Origin: Zygnema circumcarinatum SAG 698-1b
Lineage: Eukaryota; Plantae; Zygnematophyceae
NCBI GenBank assembly: GCA_037447605.1
Contig: CM074820.1
Coordinates: forward strand, 1,178,001-1,242,000
DNA: 64,000 bases
Reading direction: 5' to 3'
A program made the position numbers and the translations under genes. Each line of letters starts with the position of its first letter. The stretch's first letter is position 1. Of the stretch, positions 23,595 through 34,521 are shown one piece after another. The notes below the pieces were generated by a model that saw nothing but the letters and a program-made list of their open reading frames with translations, was not told the origin of the DNA and made no database searches.

Positions 23595-26084
23595 GGGGTG
23601 AAGAGAGAGAGAGTGGTAAGAGATACGCCGGGAGGTGGGAGGCATAGTTCTCAAAATAAATCGGCAAAACTGAGCAGCACAGACTTCAGGTTTATGTTCA
23701 ACGAGCACAAACGCAACAGTGACAAATTAAACGTCTCAAAATTGAAATAAACAGCGATACAATTAGATGCAGTCTTGAAGAAGGTGAGGAGAGGTCAAGG
23801 GGCTTGTTTCATGGGTGACAGAGAAGAGACTCCATTAGGTGAACAGTAGGGATTCTCTCACACAAAAAGGTCATCATATTCTTGTCTGTAGAGAAAAGTT
23901 TGCTATAGCTGTCAGACCTTTGACACTCCGCTCAGCTCTATAGAACAAAGTTCCAACTGCGAGTCAGCAGGTTGAAAGCTATTACAGAGCTATGCCAGAC
24001 TCACCAACATGTTTCGCATGACGTGGACAAACAAAAAAATAGCAGTCAAGAGAAATCTGTCAGCAGCGACGGATGGAACGGTTGCTCAATAATCTCACCG
24101 TCGACTTCGAAAGTAGATCTGGAGAGAGTCTCAACTCCTTTCCTGTCTACCCCTGCTCTTCCTCCTCCTCCGCCTCCTTCTCCATCATCACCTCCCCCTC
24201 CTCCTCCCCTTCCTCCCCCTCCTCCTCCTCCCCCTCCCCCTCCTCCCCCTCCCCCTCCNNNNNNNNNNCTCCTCCTCCCCCTCCTCCTCCTCCTCCACTA
24301 ACACTGCTCTTGAGCCCGGAAGGAGCACCGACCCTTCCAACCGCTCCCGATCCAAATCCGAACGCAACTTGAAGAGGGACAGGGCCACCCGCTGCTCCAA
24401 ATGCATCCCCCTCCAATGCTTGGCAGAAGAAAATGCAAAATATGCAGCTGTAAACAAGTGATGCATACTCAAGAAAGTAATTCTTTCCCAAGAGAACATA
24501 AAATTTGCAAGTCTCTGTTCGAGCAGCAGAACCTTCCAGCCCGCAAAGCAGATAAGAGCATTGCCACGAAGCAGAGGGTTGAAGGTGGCAATGAAGCGCC
24601 AAACTCACATTTTGAGTCTCGAAAGCCGATCCTGCGGCCAAATGCTCCGCTGGGATTCTCTTGAGATTGCTGCATGCTTCAGATGACTCCCATTATTGAT
24701 GAAAAAGGGATCGATCGTTTGTCAAATGATATAAAAAAGACAGAGTAAAAATGCAGAGACATGACGGGGATATACATCTAAAGTTTGGAAAATGTCAAAT
24801 GGCAGTCTCCCATGATCTAGACAAAGATCTCCACTTTCTCCTTTTTGGAAGTTCACATTGAAGCAGTTCAATAACAAAAATAATAATAATAGTTTAAATT
24901 AGTTTTAATTTTAGTTTTTTAGTGTTAGGGTTTTAGTTTTTTTTTAGTTTCAATAATAGTTTAGTAACTTCAATGGGTGTAATGACGACAGAACTGCTTT
25001 GGACTGGAGTCTCCTGGAAGACATTTGGACCTGCTTTGGATAGTCACCTTAAGCAGAGCTTGCAACGATGCGTCCAGTTTGGTATCTTCCGCATCCGCCT
25101 CCCTGTTGACACAAAAGGCCAGCACATAGCCAGCCGGCAATTTGTCTGGTTTTGCATGTAATTGATCTAACAAACTGACACATGTAACAACCTTGGAAAC
25201 AAACTTTGTCATGTAATCGAAAACTCAGGCATCTGCTAAATATATGAATGCACATGCCAGCTTGGAAAAGGTCATCATTGTTGACTCAAATGGACTCCCT
25301 TTGATAAGGAATTGGATGGAGTTCAAGGCATGTGTAGAGTCTGAAGTTTCTATTTTCACACCACAGAGCGACTATCATAAACCAAATGATTATTCTCATA
25401 AAATTTCACATAGACATCACGTAGGGGCTTGACGTCATCTTACAGCGCATCATGGGACCACCAGAGCGACTTTGTTTTAGGGTCTCTCCCTTCATGTCAG
25501 TTGCCTTTTGCTCTTAGTGCAGTCCAAAGCTTAAGACACAAAGGCCTCCCGAGTTGGCTGCATCAGCGGCTTACTGCTTCACAGTCTTCTTCGGAGCTCT
25601 CCTCGTCGGGACCTTCGGGACAAACCGGGTCTGCACAACACTAGTGACACAGCGACCATAACGACCATGGTACTGCTGTCTTTAGTTCTCTAAATCATAT
25701 AAGTGCTCCATCAATTGGACACTCTACTTCACCTTCCACCTCCAACTCCGATTCATTGCCACTATCATACTCCTCAAACATCCACCCTTCGTTCAAATAA
25801 CTAGAATGCAGACTTCGGAAGAGTCATACCCCTCGGCGGAGGAGCATAACAGCTGACTCAGCAGCAACCTCGGGCTGCAGAAGGACAGAAACTGAAGAAA
25901 AGGGAGAAGGAAAGGAGGGGGAGAGGAAGATGCACACCTTCTTGACGCCACCGTGAGTGAGCTCCTCCTTCACTTCAGGCTTCACATCGCGGCCTCCTCC
26001 TCCTCCGCTCCCGCTCCCGCCCCCCGCCAGCGAGCCCAGGCGTCCCCCGCTCCGCGGCGGCGCACCGTCCTGCGCGGGCGCCAT
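22175..26084 (-). CDS. RPC4: RNA polymerase III subunit RPC4/RPC53, multi-exon
   Basis: TRFVPKVPTRR, QVAFGFG, KKEWRDPL, DYSRNYPTTLPLRLP, ERLLFFQLPSSLP, LSDLPGGLMGKLKIHASGAVKLHLGSVVLEV and GAKCMFHQELAAVN..LGDVTQRVVLTPDMDNLL. The start codon and small exons are approximate. Confidence 0.88.
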
Positions 26085-26214
26085 AGCCGGGAGGGAGGCA
26101 GCGGTGCTTCCCCTCCCTCCGCGCTCGCCTCCCTGCGGGAAGAGCCTGCTTCTGCTCCTGCTCCTGCTCCTGCTCCTGCTGCTTCTGCTGCAGAGCCTGC
26201 AAGGGCTCGGCTCA

Positions 26215-26585
26215 TTGGACCAACCATTGGAATGGTTGCGAACATTGCCGCCAGCCCGAGACAACCATTGCCAATGGTTCCATCCATTGCCGCCGATCCG
26301 AAACAACCATTGCCATCCAACCATTGCCATCCAACCATTGCCATCCAACCATTGCTATCCAACCATTGCCATCCAACCATTGCCATCCAACCACTGCCAC
26401 CAGATCGAAACAACCATTGCCAATGGTTCCAACCATTGCCACCGGACCGAAACAACCATTGCCATCCAACCATTGCCGCCAGACCGAAACAATCATTGCC
26501 AATGGTTCGAACCATTGGCGTCAGACTGAAACAACTACCTTATTGCCAATGGTCGCAACCTTTGGATCCAATGGTTGCCAACAAA
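26215..26585. repeat. Tandem/palindromic CCAACCATTGCCAT repeat upstream of RPC4
   Basis: Perfect 14-bp units around 26307-26395 plus AACCATTGCCAATGGTT palindromic junctions. Confidence 0.9.
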
Positions 26586-27668
26586 ATTTAAATAGTAATT
26601 TTCTTATGCATATGTTCACATCAGCCTTTACTATAATGGTTAGAAGTACGTTGCTTCCAAACTATCAAGTCGGAGCTCGCATCCGCCTCTCGCTAAATAG
26701 AAGTTTTTGCACTTTCTGTGTAGCTGTTCCAACCATTGCACACGTGGGACATTTGGATCGCCAACTGTTGGACACTCATTTCCATCCAATGGTTCGCAAC
26801 CATTTGAATGGTTGGCAATTCGGGTTTTGACCGTTGGACATACCACGCCTACGTCTCTATGCGTACGGATTACGGGGTGTACGGAGAAGTAATGGCGCCG
26901 TACGTCATGGTACGGTCCGGCCGACGTCGCGCGGGGCACTCCGTGCCGTCTGTACGGACGAGGCGGACTTTGCCGTCCGTACGGCGCCGACAGGCGGGAA
27001 TTTAGGGCCGTACGGCAAAATGTGGAGAATGGTCGAATAAGAGCATGACACGTGGGAAACTGGCACTGTTTACATGCTTAATGGATTGAAAACGGGAACT
27101 GTGGAGCATGGAGCGTGGGATGTTGCTCAGGGCTGAAGGGTGGGAGCGCTGGAGCATCCTGGCAACCAGCTCCGTCCTTTGAGCTTTCAAGCTTGGTTTG
27201 GGAGAGGAGAGGAGAGGAGAAGAGGCTGCGAGGAATGGAGCTAGCTGCATTATTGTTAGGGTCGCTACTATAATTTATCATTTCGGGAGGTGATATTGAA
27301 GAGAACGTCATCATTTTGTGTGTACCTGTCACTTCGGGAATGGTTTCTGTAGCGAAGTGCTGATCATCCTGCTCTTACAGGGAGCTTTCAGGGCTGCTGA
27401 CGGTTCAACAGATTCAGCCACTTTTCCTAGGTCTGCATTTCTTTATGCTGCTGCATGTCTCCGGACATTGGGCATATTCTATGGCTTTTGGCTCCCGGTT
27501 GAGCGCACTTTCCAGTTGTCCTTGACACAGCATATCCTTATTTCTTCATCGCCAGCCTATTTTCTGACAGTAACCTGTTCGTCTCAGTAGCGACTGAAGT
27601 CGCTATCGTTCATTATTGCGCTCAAGCTGGCGACCACCACTTCAACGAGGGTCCGCCATGTCCCCGAC

Positions 27669-30600
27669 ATGACTAAGATTGTAATTCGGGTGATAGACAT
27701 GTATGACTTCCGCATGGAAGTGACCTTGGAAGAAGCTGTGACTCTAAATCAGGTGCAAGAGAGAGTGAAGGAGCAGGGCCGAGTATGGTGGGCATACGAA
27801 GCAAACCGAGGCGTTGGTTGGTACTTACAACCGCAGGTTGCAAACTCTACACAGAAGGAATATCGAGAGGATTCAGAAAGCATCGCAGCAACCTTCAGTG
27901 CGTCCTTAGGACTTTCCTCGCCTCTAAGCTTCTCAAGTTCAGGCAATGCCATTCTGTTCAAGAAGCTTGTCAGGAAGGGCGTGCCCCCAGTTCTTCGGCC
28001 CAAGGTCTGGAAAGCCATTTCAGGAGCTGCAAAGAAGAAAGCAACGGCACCTGAAGATTACTACCGCGAACTTCTGCGAGAGGTTCTCGACAGAGAGACG
28101 AAGGCAACAAAGCAGATTGATAATGTAGGGGCTTATGACCATCACATTCACCTCGGGGGAACAAGACTGCATGCTTTTTAAATGGTATTCCTGAATGATG
28201 GCAAACTGGTTTAGGGGGATTGGCGTTTAATTGTGCTGGTCCACAGACAAATGTGATATGTGGGCAAGTGGGTCATATAGATGTCTTTATTGCCAGCCCG
28301 CCAGGTTGCAGGAGTTGTTACAATGCCTCGTGTTCCTGGAAGTTGGGGACACGCCAAAGCTTATCTCCTCCTCGTGTTGAGTTCACACTTGTAGCACGTC
28401 TGGTTCAGCCACTAGCGAGCTGTGATTTCCTTGTGTGGGTCACGGATGACCTTTCAGTGACATATCATTCTGCAGTCGTGCAATGTTGAGTATAGATCAC
28501 GGTGTTCAATTCACACGCTCTGCTCAATTGTTCCAATGGGTTATAGCCGTCGACCCTCGTACGTGGATGGCATAGGTTTGAGGCTGCAGGAGTGGTGCTC
28601 TTTACCTGTTGGTGAACTTTAGCTGTATGTAAAGTTGGCACATGCAAATCCTGACAACTTTGTATCTGAATCCTCTCAATTGTCCCAAGATTTATCTGCG
28701 TGATTTTGGATCATTCAGGCTTGTTCTCCTCTTAGCTTCAAATCTGAGCATTGTCGTCTTGCAAAGCTCCTGCGATGGGCTCGTTGGCTCTTTCCTTTCA
28801 TATCCGACAAGGAATGGCAAGTAAACGTGACTGACGATTAACAGCGACACTGATTGTCTTGATCACTTTCCATAGGCAGCATGGGATCTTCTGTAAGCTG
28901 CTGTGTTGGCTTATCGGTCTGGACTGACAAAAGTTTTCGGATATCCTCTCATGTACTCCTGGAGCTGACTGCAAATTGTCTGTTACATTGGCAGGATTTG
29001 CACAGAACATTTCCTGGGCATGCCAAAATAGATTCTCCCGAAGGACTGCAATCTTTGAAGCGGATACTAGTGGCCTATTCATGGAGGGACTCTCGCGTAG
29101 GCTACTGCCAGGCAAGCAGCTGTGCCTAGGAACTTCTTGCACCCAAGAAAAGTTTTTGGTTCGTTAATCAGTCTTAGTCGAATCCACTTGCAGTAGCCTT
29201 CCATGAACTGGTATCATCATTTTCTGAGGCGGTAGTCGCTGACAGGCTTTATACCCCATTCGATGAGTTACTATACTAGTTATGGAATTTAGCTGGAAGA
29301 GCGGTATTCAAGGGAACTTTCTGGACGCATCTTTCAATGACTAAAGGCAGGAAAAGCAGCCGTATTCTTTGGAAGGAATTTTGACTCTGAAATCTGCAGT
29401 GCAATATCTGCAATCGTTGTTTTTTGTCATGTTTAGGACAGAAACAACCATACACCAGAAGTGTGAAGTTGTCGATTTGCGGGTCAGTATTATGCTGACG
29501 GGGACATTTTCCTAATGCTGCAGGGTATGAATTTTGTGGTAGCGTATCTCCTCTTGGTCATGCGCGATGAAGAGGAGGCCTTTTGGATGCTGGCCACATT
29601 ACTGGAAGAGGTTCTCTACAACGACTGCTTTTCAGAGGACCTTTCTGGCACTCACGTTGAACAGCGAGTACTGAAAGACTTGTTGGTGAAGAAACTTCCA
29701 AAGTGAGTCTGCCAAGTCTCAGCTTGCATGTCTCATTTTTGAGCCGTGAAGATGCAGAGGTTAGGGCGTACTCAGGCCACAGAAGTAGCTATTTTAGGTG
29801 TTTAGGAAAATGGGACGTCACTACCTATAACTTAATGCACACTTGGCTGAATTCCCTTGTCGTCCGGAAGCCTCTGCAACGCCCTTAGTTTGTCAATTTT
29901 GGCCTCTGCTTGCAGATTAGCAGCACATCTGGATGAGATCAACTTTGAGGTGTCCCTTGTGACGACAGAGTGGTTCTTGTGTCTCTTCGCCAGAAGTTTT
30001 CCCACAGAGGTGAGTGCCTTTACTATTGTGGCCACGAGCTGAGTCTATCCACCTATTCTACCCTTACCATGTTTCGAAAAATTCAACAGCATCGGCATTA
30101 TCTAGGTTTTCTATCATTGCTGAGTAGTCTATGTTTCTGGTTGGCTTGGCCCCCTAAGCGCTACTACACACCGCTCTTGTTTGTGGCTTTTGTACCACTG
30201 TTATTGATAGAAAGACATTAAACTGCTTGCAGAACTCCATAATGTTGGTCCAGAGAGGAAATTCCTGAAAAAAATCAAATCACCTACTAGTAGTTTTCCA
30301 TCGGCTGGAGATCCTTGTAAATTTTCTTTTACTAAAAACGGAAATGAGGATAATCCCTAGCGCAAATAGTCAAGTGAAATTGATACCAATAGAAGCATCT
30401 GGTTGCAGCCTTACTTGTCTATCTAAGAATTCCATCAATAAAGTAGCCATAATACCTACACCGCCTGCTCCTATGATGACCACCAATGAAGTTCTAGAGC
30501 CATCTAGTAAAAACGCAATGACAATACCTGACCACACGGAAATCCTTTACAAAGACAGAAGGTCGCTGAACGGGCCACTGATAGTCTAATGCTCTAATGC

Positions 30601-31887
30601 CACTGTACAGCTTACTCTTGCAATAGGTTTTTTGAATGTCTGCTTGTTTTAACCTTTTTTTACTAGCTTGCCATGTTTATAAGTTGACCCTCAACCTACT
30701 CACGCTTTCCTTCAATCCACAGTAGGCTGTGTCGAAAGAATTGAACAACTCGTCCATTGGACTGTTCCAAAATAGACTTTGGCAATATTGTTGTGGCTCG
30801 TGTATGGACGCTTCGTAATGTCCATGTTCAAGTTCAGGCTTGATGATATTTCCAGTTAATAAGAAGAGGGGATTAGTTCATTGCCTCTTCTCTGACTTAT
30901 TTACGCTCATGGCTTGTGCAACGGCTGCGTGCAGACCACAATGCGAGTTTGGGACGTTCTGTTCAGTGAAGGGGCTAAGGTGCTCTTCCGTGTGGCTTTA
31001 GCCATTTTCAAGGTACTCTTGAGGGAGCTCTCTTTTTCATTGAGGAGGAGCCTAATCTAGGCTACTTCTAAGCAATGTTACATTTCAGAATGCGACCATT
31101 TCAGACATTGCGATCAGGGATTTCAATCAAGCGATCAGAGATTTCAATCACTGATATCTTCGACTGATTTCAATGTCAACAGCTGATCTCTTAGGAACCA
31201 TCATGCGACATTTGCTGTTACGATACTAAGGGTGAGGTATGGGCCGTTTACAGATAAAGGAGGAGGAGCTTCTTAAAGCAACGCATCTTGGAGAGGCCAT
31301 CCGAATTTTGCAGAACTCAACTCATCATATGTTTGACCCAGATTCGCTTCTCAAGGTGCATGTCATCCTTTTGCCGTTCTTGATAGCTGTCATGGTTCCT
31401 ATGCTATTTTCCAGCCTGAGAATTTCTCGGTTAGAAGCAAGCTTTGGGTTGTTGGAGTTGTTATGTGTATGAAGCAAGGACCTCCAGGGTTGCAAAACGA
31501 GGGGAAAGACGGGGAGGTAAGTTTAGAAGTTTCTGATGGCTGGTAGACTTATTGATGAACTCTCATAGCAGGTTCAAAAATAAACCAGTGCAGGTGCTGT
31601 GTTGAAACGTCAAAATCAATACTAGAGCCTAAATGTCATCCCCCATCTCACCATCGGAAAATCACTCTGTACTGCAGGTAGCCTTTGATAAACTTGGGCC
31701 TATGTCTATGACGGCTATTTCTAAGCAACGGCAGAAGCAGCAGCCGGCCGTTAGGGCTGAGCTGGAAGAGCGGGAAAGAAACAAGCCTGTACTGGCAAAG
31801 TCTTGCAGAGAAAACGAGCTTGCAGGTGAGGGATCAGCTCTTGGAGCCACTACTGATGACTTGCGGGGTCGGAGCGTTTCGCTATGA
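27669..31887 (+). CDS. TBC-domain Rab GTPase-activating protein (plant Ypt/Rab-GAP, GRTP1-like)
   Basis: VKEQGRVWWAYEAN, KKLVRKGVPPVLRPKVW, KQIDNDLHRTFPGH, AYSWRDSRVGYCQGMNFV, EEEAFWMLA, VTTEWFLCLF, TTMRVWDVLFSEGAKVLFRVALAIFK and VAFDKLGPMSMTAISKQR. The true start may lie further upstream. Confidence 0.92.
30069..30221 (+). pseudogene. Intronic fragment resembling the N-terminus of bacterial apolipoprotein N-acyltransferase (Lnt)
   Basis: MFRKIQQHRHYLGFLSLLSSLCFWLAWPPKRYYTPLLFVAFVPLLLIERH fits the LS.LS..L.WLAWP...PLLF.AFVPLL.IE pattern I recall for Bacteroidota Lnt; truncated. Confidence 0.6.
30328..30540 (-). pseudogene. Intronic fragment resembling a bacterial Mn/Zn/Fe ABC-3 transporter permease
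   Basis: GIVIAFLLDGSRTSLVVIIGAGGVGIMATLLMEFLDRQVRLQPDASIGINFT*LFALGIILISVFSK matches the ABC-3 motif DA.IG..FT.LFA.G..LIS; in-frame TGA at 30370-30372. Confidence 0.7.
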
Positions 31888-34521
31888 CGTATTGGACGAG
31901 GCGTGAAAGGGGAAAAAAGGGGACCCCCCCTCCCCCCCGCAAGAAAAACCTCCGCTTAGTTTTTTTTCCACTTCTTATTACTGTTGAGGTCTTTTTTCAC
32001 TTTTTATTACTGTAGAGGCGGCGTTAGGACCAGTTCGCCACTGGTGAGCTGATTGTATCCAGTAGCATTTAGTTGTAGCCATTCACAACATCGTTTTTTA
32101 AGAGTAGAGTTGTGAGAGAGCTCTATGGCGGGGTCCCTGCCGGAAATAGCCTGTGAAAAGGTGCGAATAGGAATTGGATGCGGCCCGGCGTATCGGCGAG
32201 GGACCCTCAACTACCACCAAGCAGGAAAAAGTCGGTCTTCTCTCTCTCGCAGTTCCCCAACCCTAAAAGACCCTGTTCTCCCACCCGTAGGTCTTTGGGC
32301 CGGGTTTGGCAAGCACAATGCTTTGCAGCATTCCTCTGTTCTCTGAGAAGGTCCTGCGTGGAAGGGTCCCTCCTATGACAAAAACTTCGTCTCAAGACAG
32401 ACGCTCCCTTGGGCCCTATTTCTCGAACGGTTTATAGAAAGACAGTAATACTGTAGGCCATACATTATAAATTCCAAAGCCTAAGTTTAAGCCTCTCTGT
32501 GACAGGAGGAGATGGAATGGGCAGGCATGGAGACTAAGTGGAGACTTCGAAGCAAAGAAGTATTATTTTGGGGCAGCCCGAATAGGCGAGAATTGGCTAA
32601 GTCCGATTTTTTCTGTCCCTTCTAGAGAGAACACTGGAGAGCTTTCTGAACCCCGCGGAAAGTCCCTCTAGGAATCCATTATTGGGGTTTATGTTGTGGA
32701 GGAATGTGAAAGGCATAGGAGGGCCTTTCAAGGTCGTGTAATGTAATTTTTTTTATATCCAGAGTCACAAAATGGGTATCTGGAAACCAGTTGATGAAAA
32801 TCTTTTTTTTCCTTCCTAAACCTCGCATTGTACCGATTTTTATGGAGCACGAACCATGGAACTGTCTCAGAATTGCCAAGGAAATAAGCAGCTCGGGTTC
32901 AGATTTGTTTGTGCTTCAAATGCTAAAATCAAGTGATATTGATATTGTAGACATTGCTCATAATGTCAAACTCTGAACTGCCAATCAACGGTTGAACCGT
33001 TAAACCAGTGTGAAAGGTGGATTTCCGAATCCACTTGTGGTTGAGGTGGATCTGACATTAGACGAGAGACCGGATGGTTACTGAAACTCATAGAAAAGTC
33101 AAGACAAACGAAATATTGGGAGAGGCGTGAGTCTGTGGCATGCACATGTGACGCAGTTGCGTTCCGTTTTACGGTAACTGCAATGGCGACAGGGGTTAAT
33201 GGAAACGCATTGGCATTGCATTGGCGTCCCTACAAAGCTGTGGATCGGCACTGGTCCCGCGATGTACCCACCCACCGCCCTCCCGCCTCTACTCCATAGT
33301 GCACTCTCATGCCTTCCTCGTGCGTTTCCCCTCTCAAAGAGGCGACGTTTCCTTGGAGCCCCTGTCAAGGGATTGAGGGAGGGAACCACGAGGGAAAGTC
33401 GTTCCCGTCGACCAACCAACAAGGCACGTCAGAACTGGAAAAATCGTCAGTATTACTGAACTGGGAACTATCACTAGTTCCATGCCAACAAGCGATCCAC
33501 ATGGAAAAGAGCGTCATTCACCGTAAAACTTATTCCAGTAATACTAGTGACACAGTTTCTCGTTCAGTTCCTTAAGTCTGACGTACCCCCCTAACGCTAG
33601 CGCATGGAGCGGAGTCAGCAGGCCAAACTTTTATGTGACTCGTGACACAATCCTGGCCGTCTAAATATTACACCAACAGCATCTCACCGTTGATTTCATA
33701 TCACATTCGAATATTCCTTCCAATTTGGACGGTTCGCTTTTTCAACTCGCCCTCACCACGTGGCGTGCACTGATTGTTCTTATCCTCCAATCTGACAAAA
33801 AGTACAGTAAGGCACCGATTATTCGTACACTGATTCCACCGACCAGTCCCTAGATCACTCGGCTGCCAGATCTTTTGATCGACGGTGGAGACCAAATTCC
33901 CCGATTCCCGTTTTGAGGTGTCCGTCCACTAATAGTACACCACGTGGCGACCGGCTTGGCTGTACGGTCCAAGTGGCGGTCGCGTCCAGCGTGGCGCGTC
34001 ATCATTTCGGCCAAAAACGTTGGGACGTGAATTTGGCCGGATCGCGGCAGGCCAAGGCTCGATTTTCGACTTTAATGTTTCTTTGTTCACAGTTTCAACT
34101 TCGCCGTTTCTGGTTCTACTAGTTTTCTATAGCGTTTGCATTGTTTCTATGGAGCGACATGATCAGTGTTTCCACGTGGCGAGTATTGACTGGGGGTTCA
34201 GAGTCGAGATGGAAAAATGATCATCATGGAATGCTTAAAATGCTTAAACTCCGTTAAACAACGTCGTTGGGTATCTCAGAAATTGCATAGAACCGTGCCA
34301 AATAAAGGTTTCGGACGCGTGCGAACATAGAAATCATGCGACTGTTGCACGACGCCGCGGAACATGGAACGTTGACTTTGGAGGAGTATCGCGATATATC
34401 TCTACTATACGATACTGAAAACAACAAGAACAAGAAATTGGGACCGGCCCTGGGAGGTGGCAGGGCTGCAGGCAGGGCCCTCCCTGGTTGCCCTGGAGCT
34501 GCAGCCCTGCTTCCTGGCGCC

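Noticed and set aside
12680-26084. Ty3 elements next to an RNA polymerase III subunit gene, recalling Ty3 targeting of Pol III genes
   Set aside because: Ty3 targets Pol III-transcribed loci, whereas RPC4 is a Pol II protein-coding gene. Coincidence.
25824-26591. Several ORFs with NHCHPTIAIQPLP or GNGW repeats resembling ice-nucleation or pentapeptide proteins
   Set aside because: They are products of the 14-bp tandem repeat read in all frames and overlap the real RPC4 first exon.
30220-30330. Minus-strand peptide LVKENLQGSPADGKLLVGDLI resembling a PDZ motif
   Set aside because: Too short to call by eye; kept only as an unassigned part of the intron mosaic.
31990-33900. Long intergenic stretch with short protein-like ORF pieces, possibly a decayed element or foreign DNA
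   Set aside because: I could not recognise any motif, terminal repeat or consistent reading frame.
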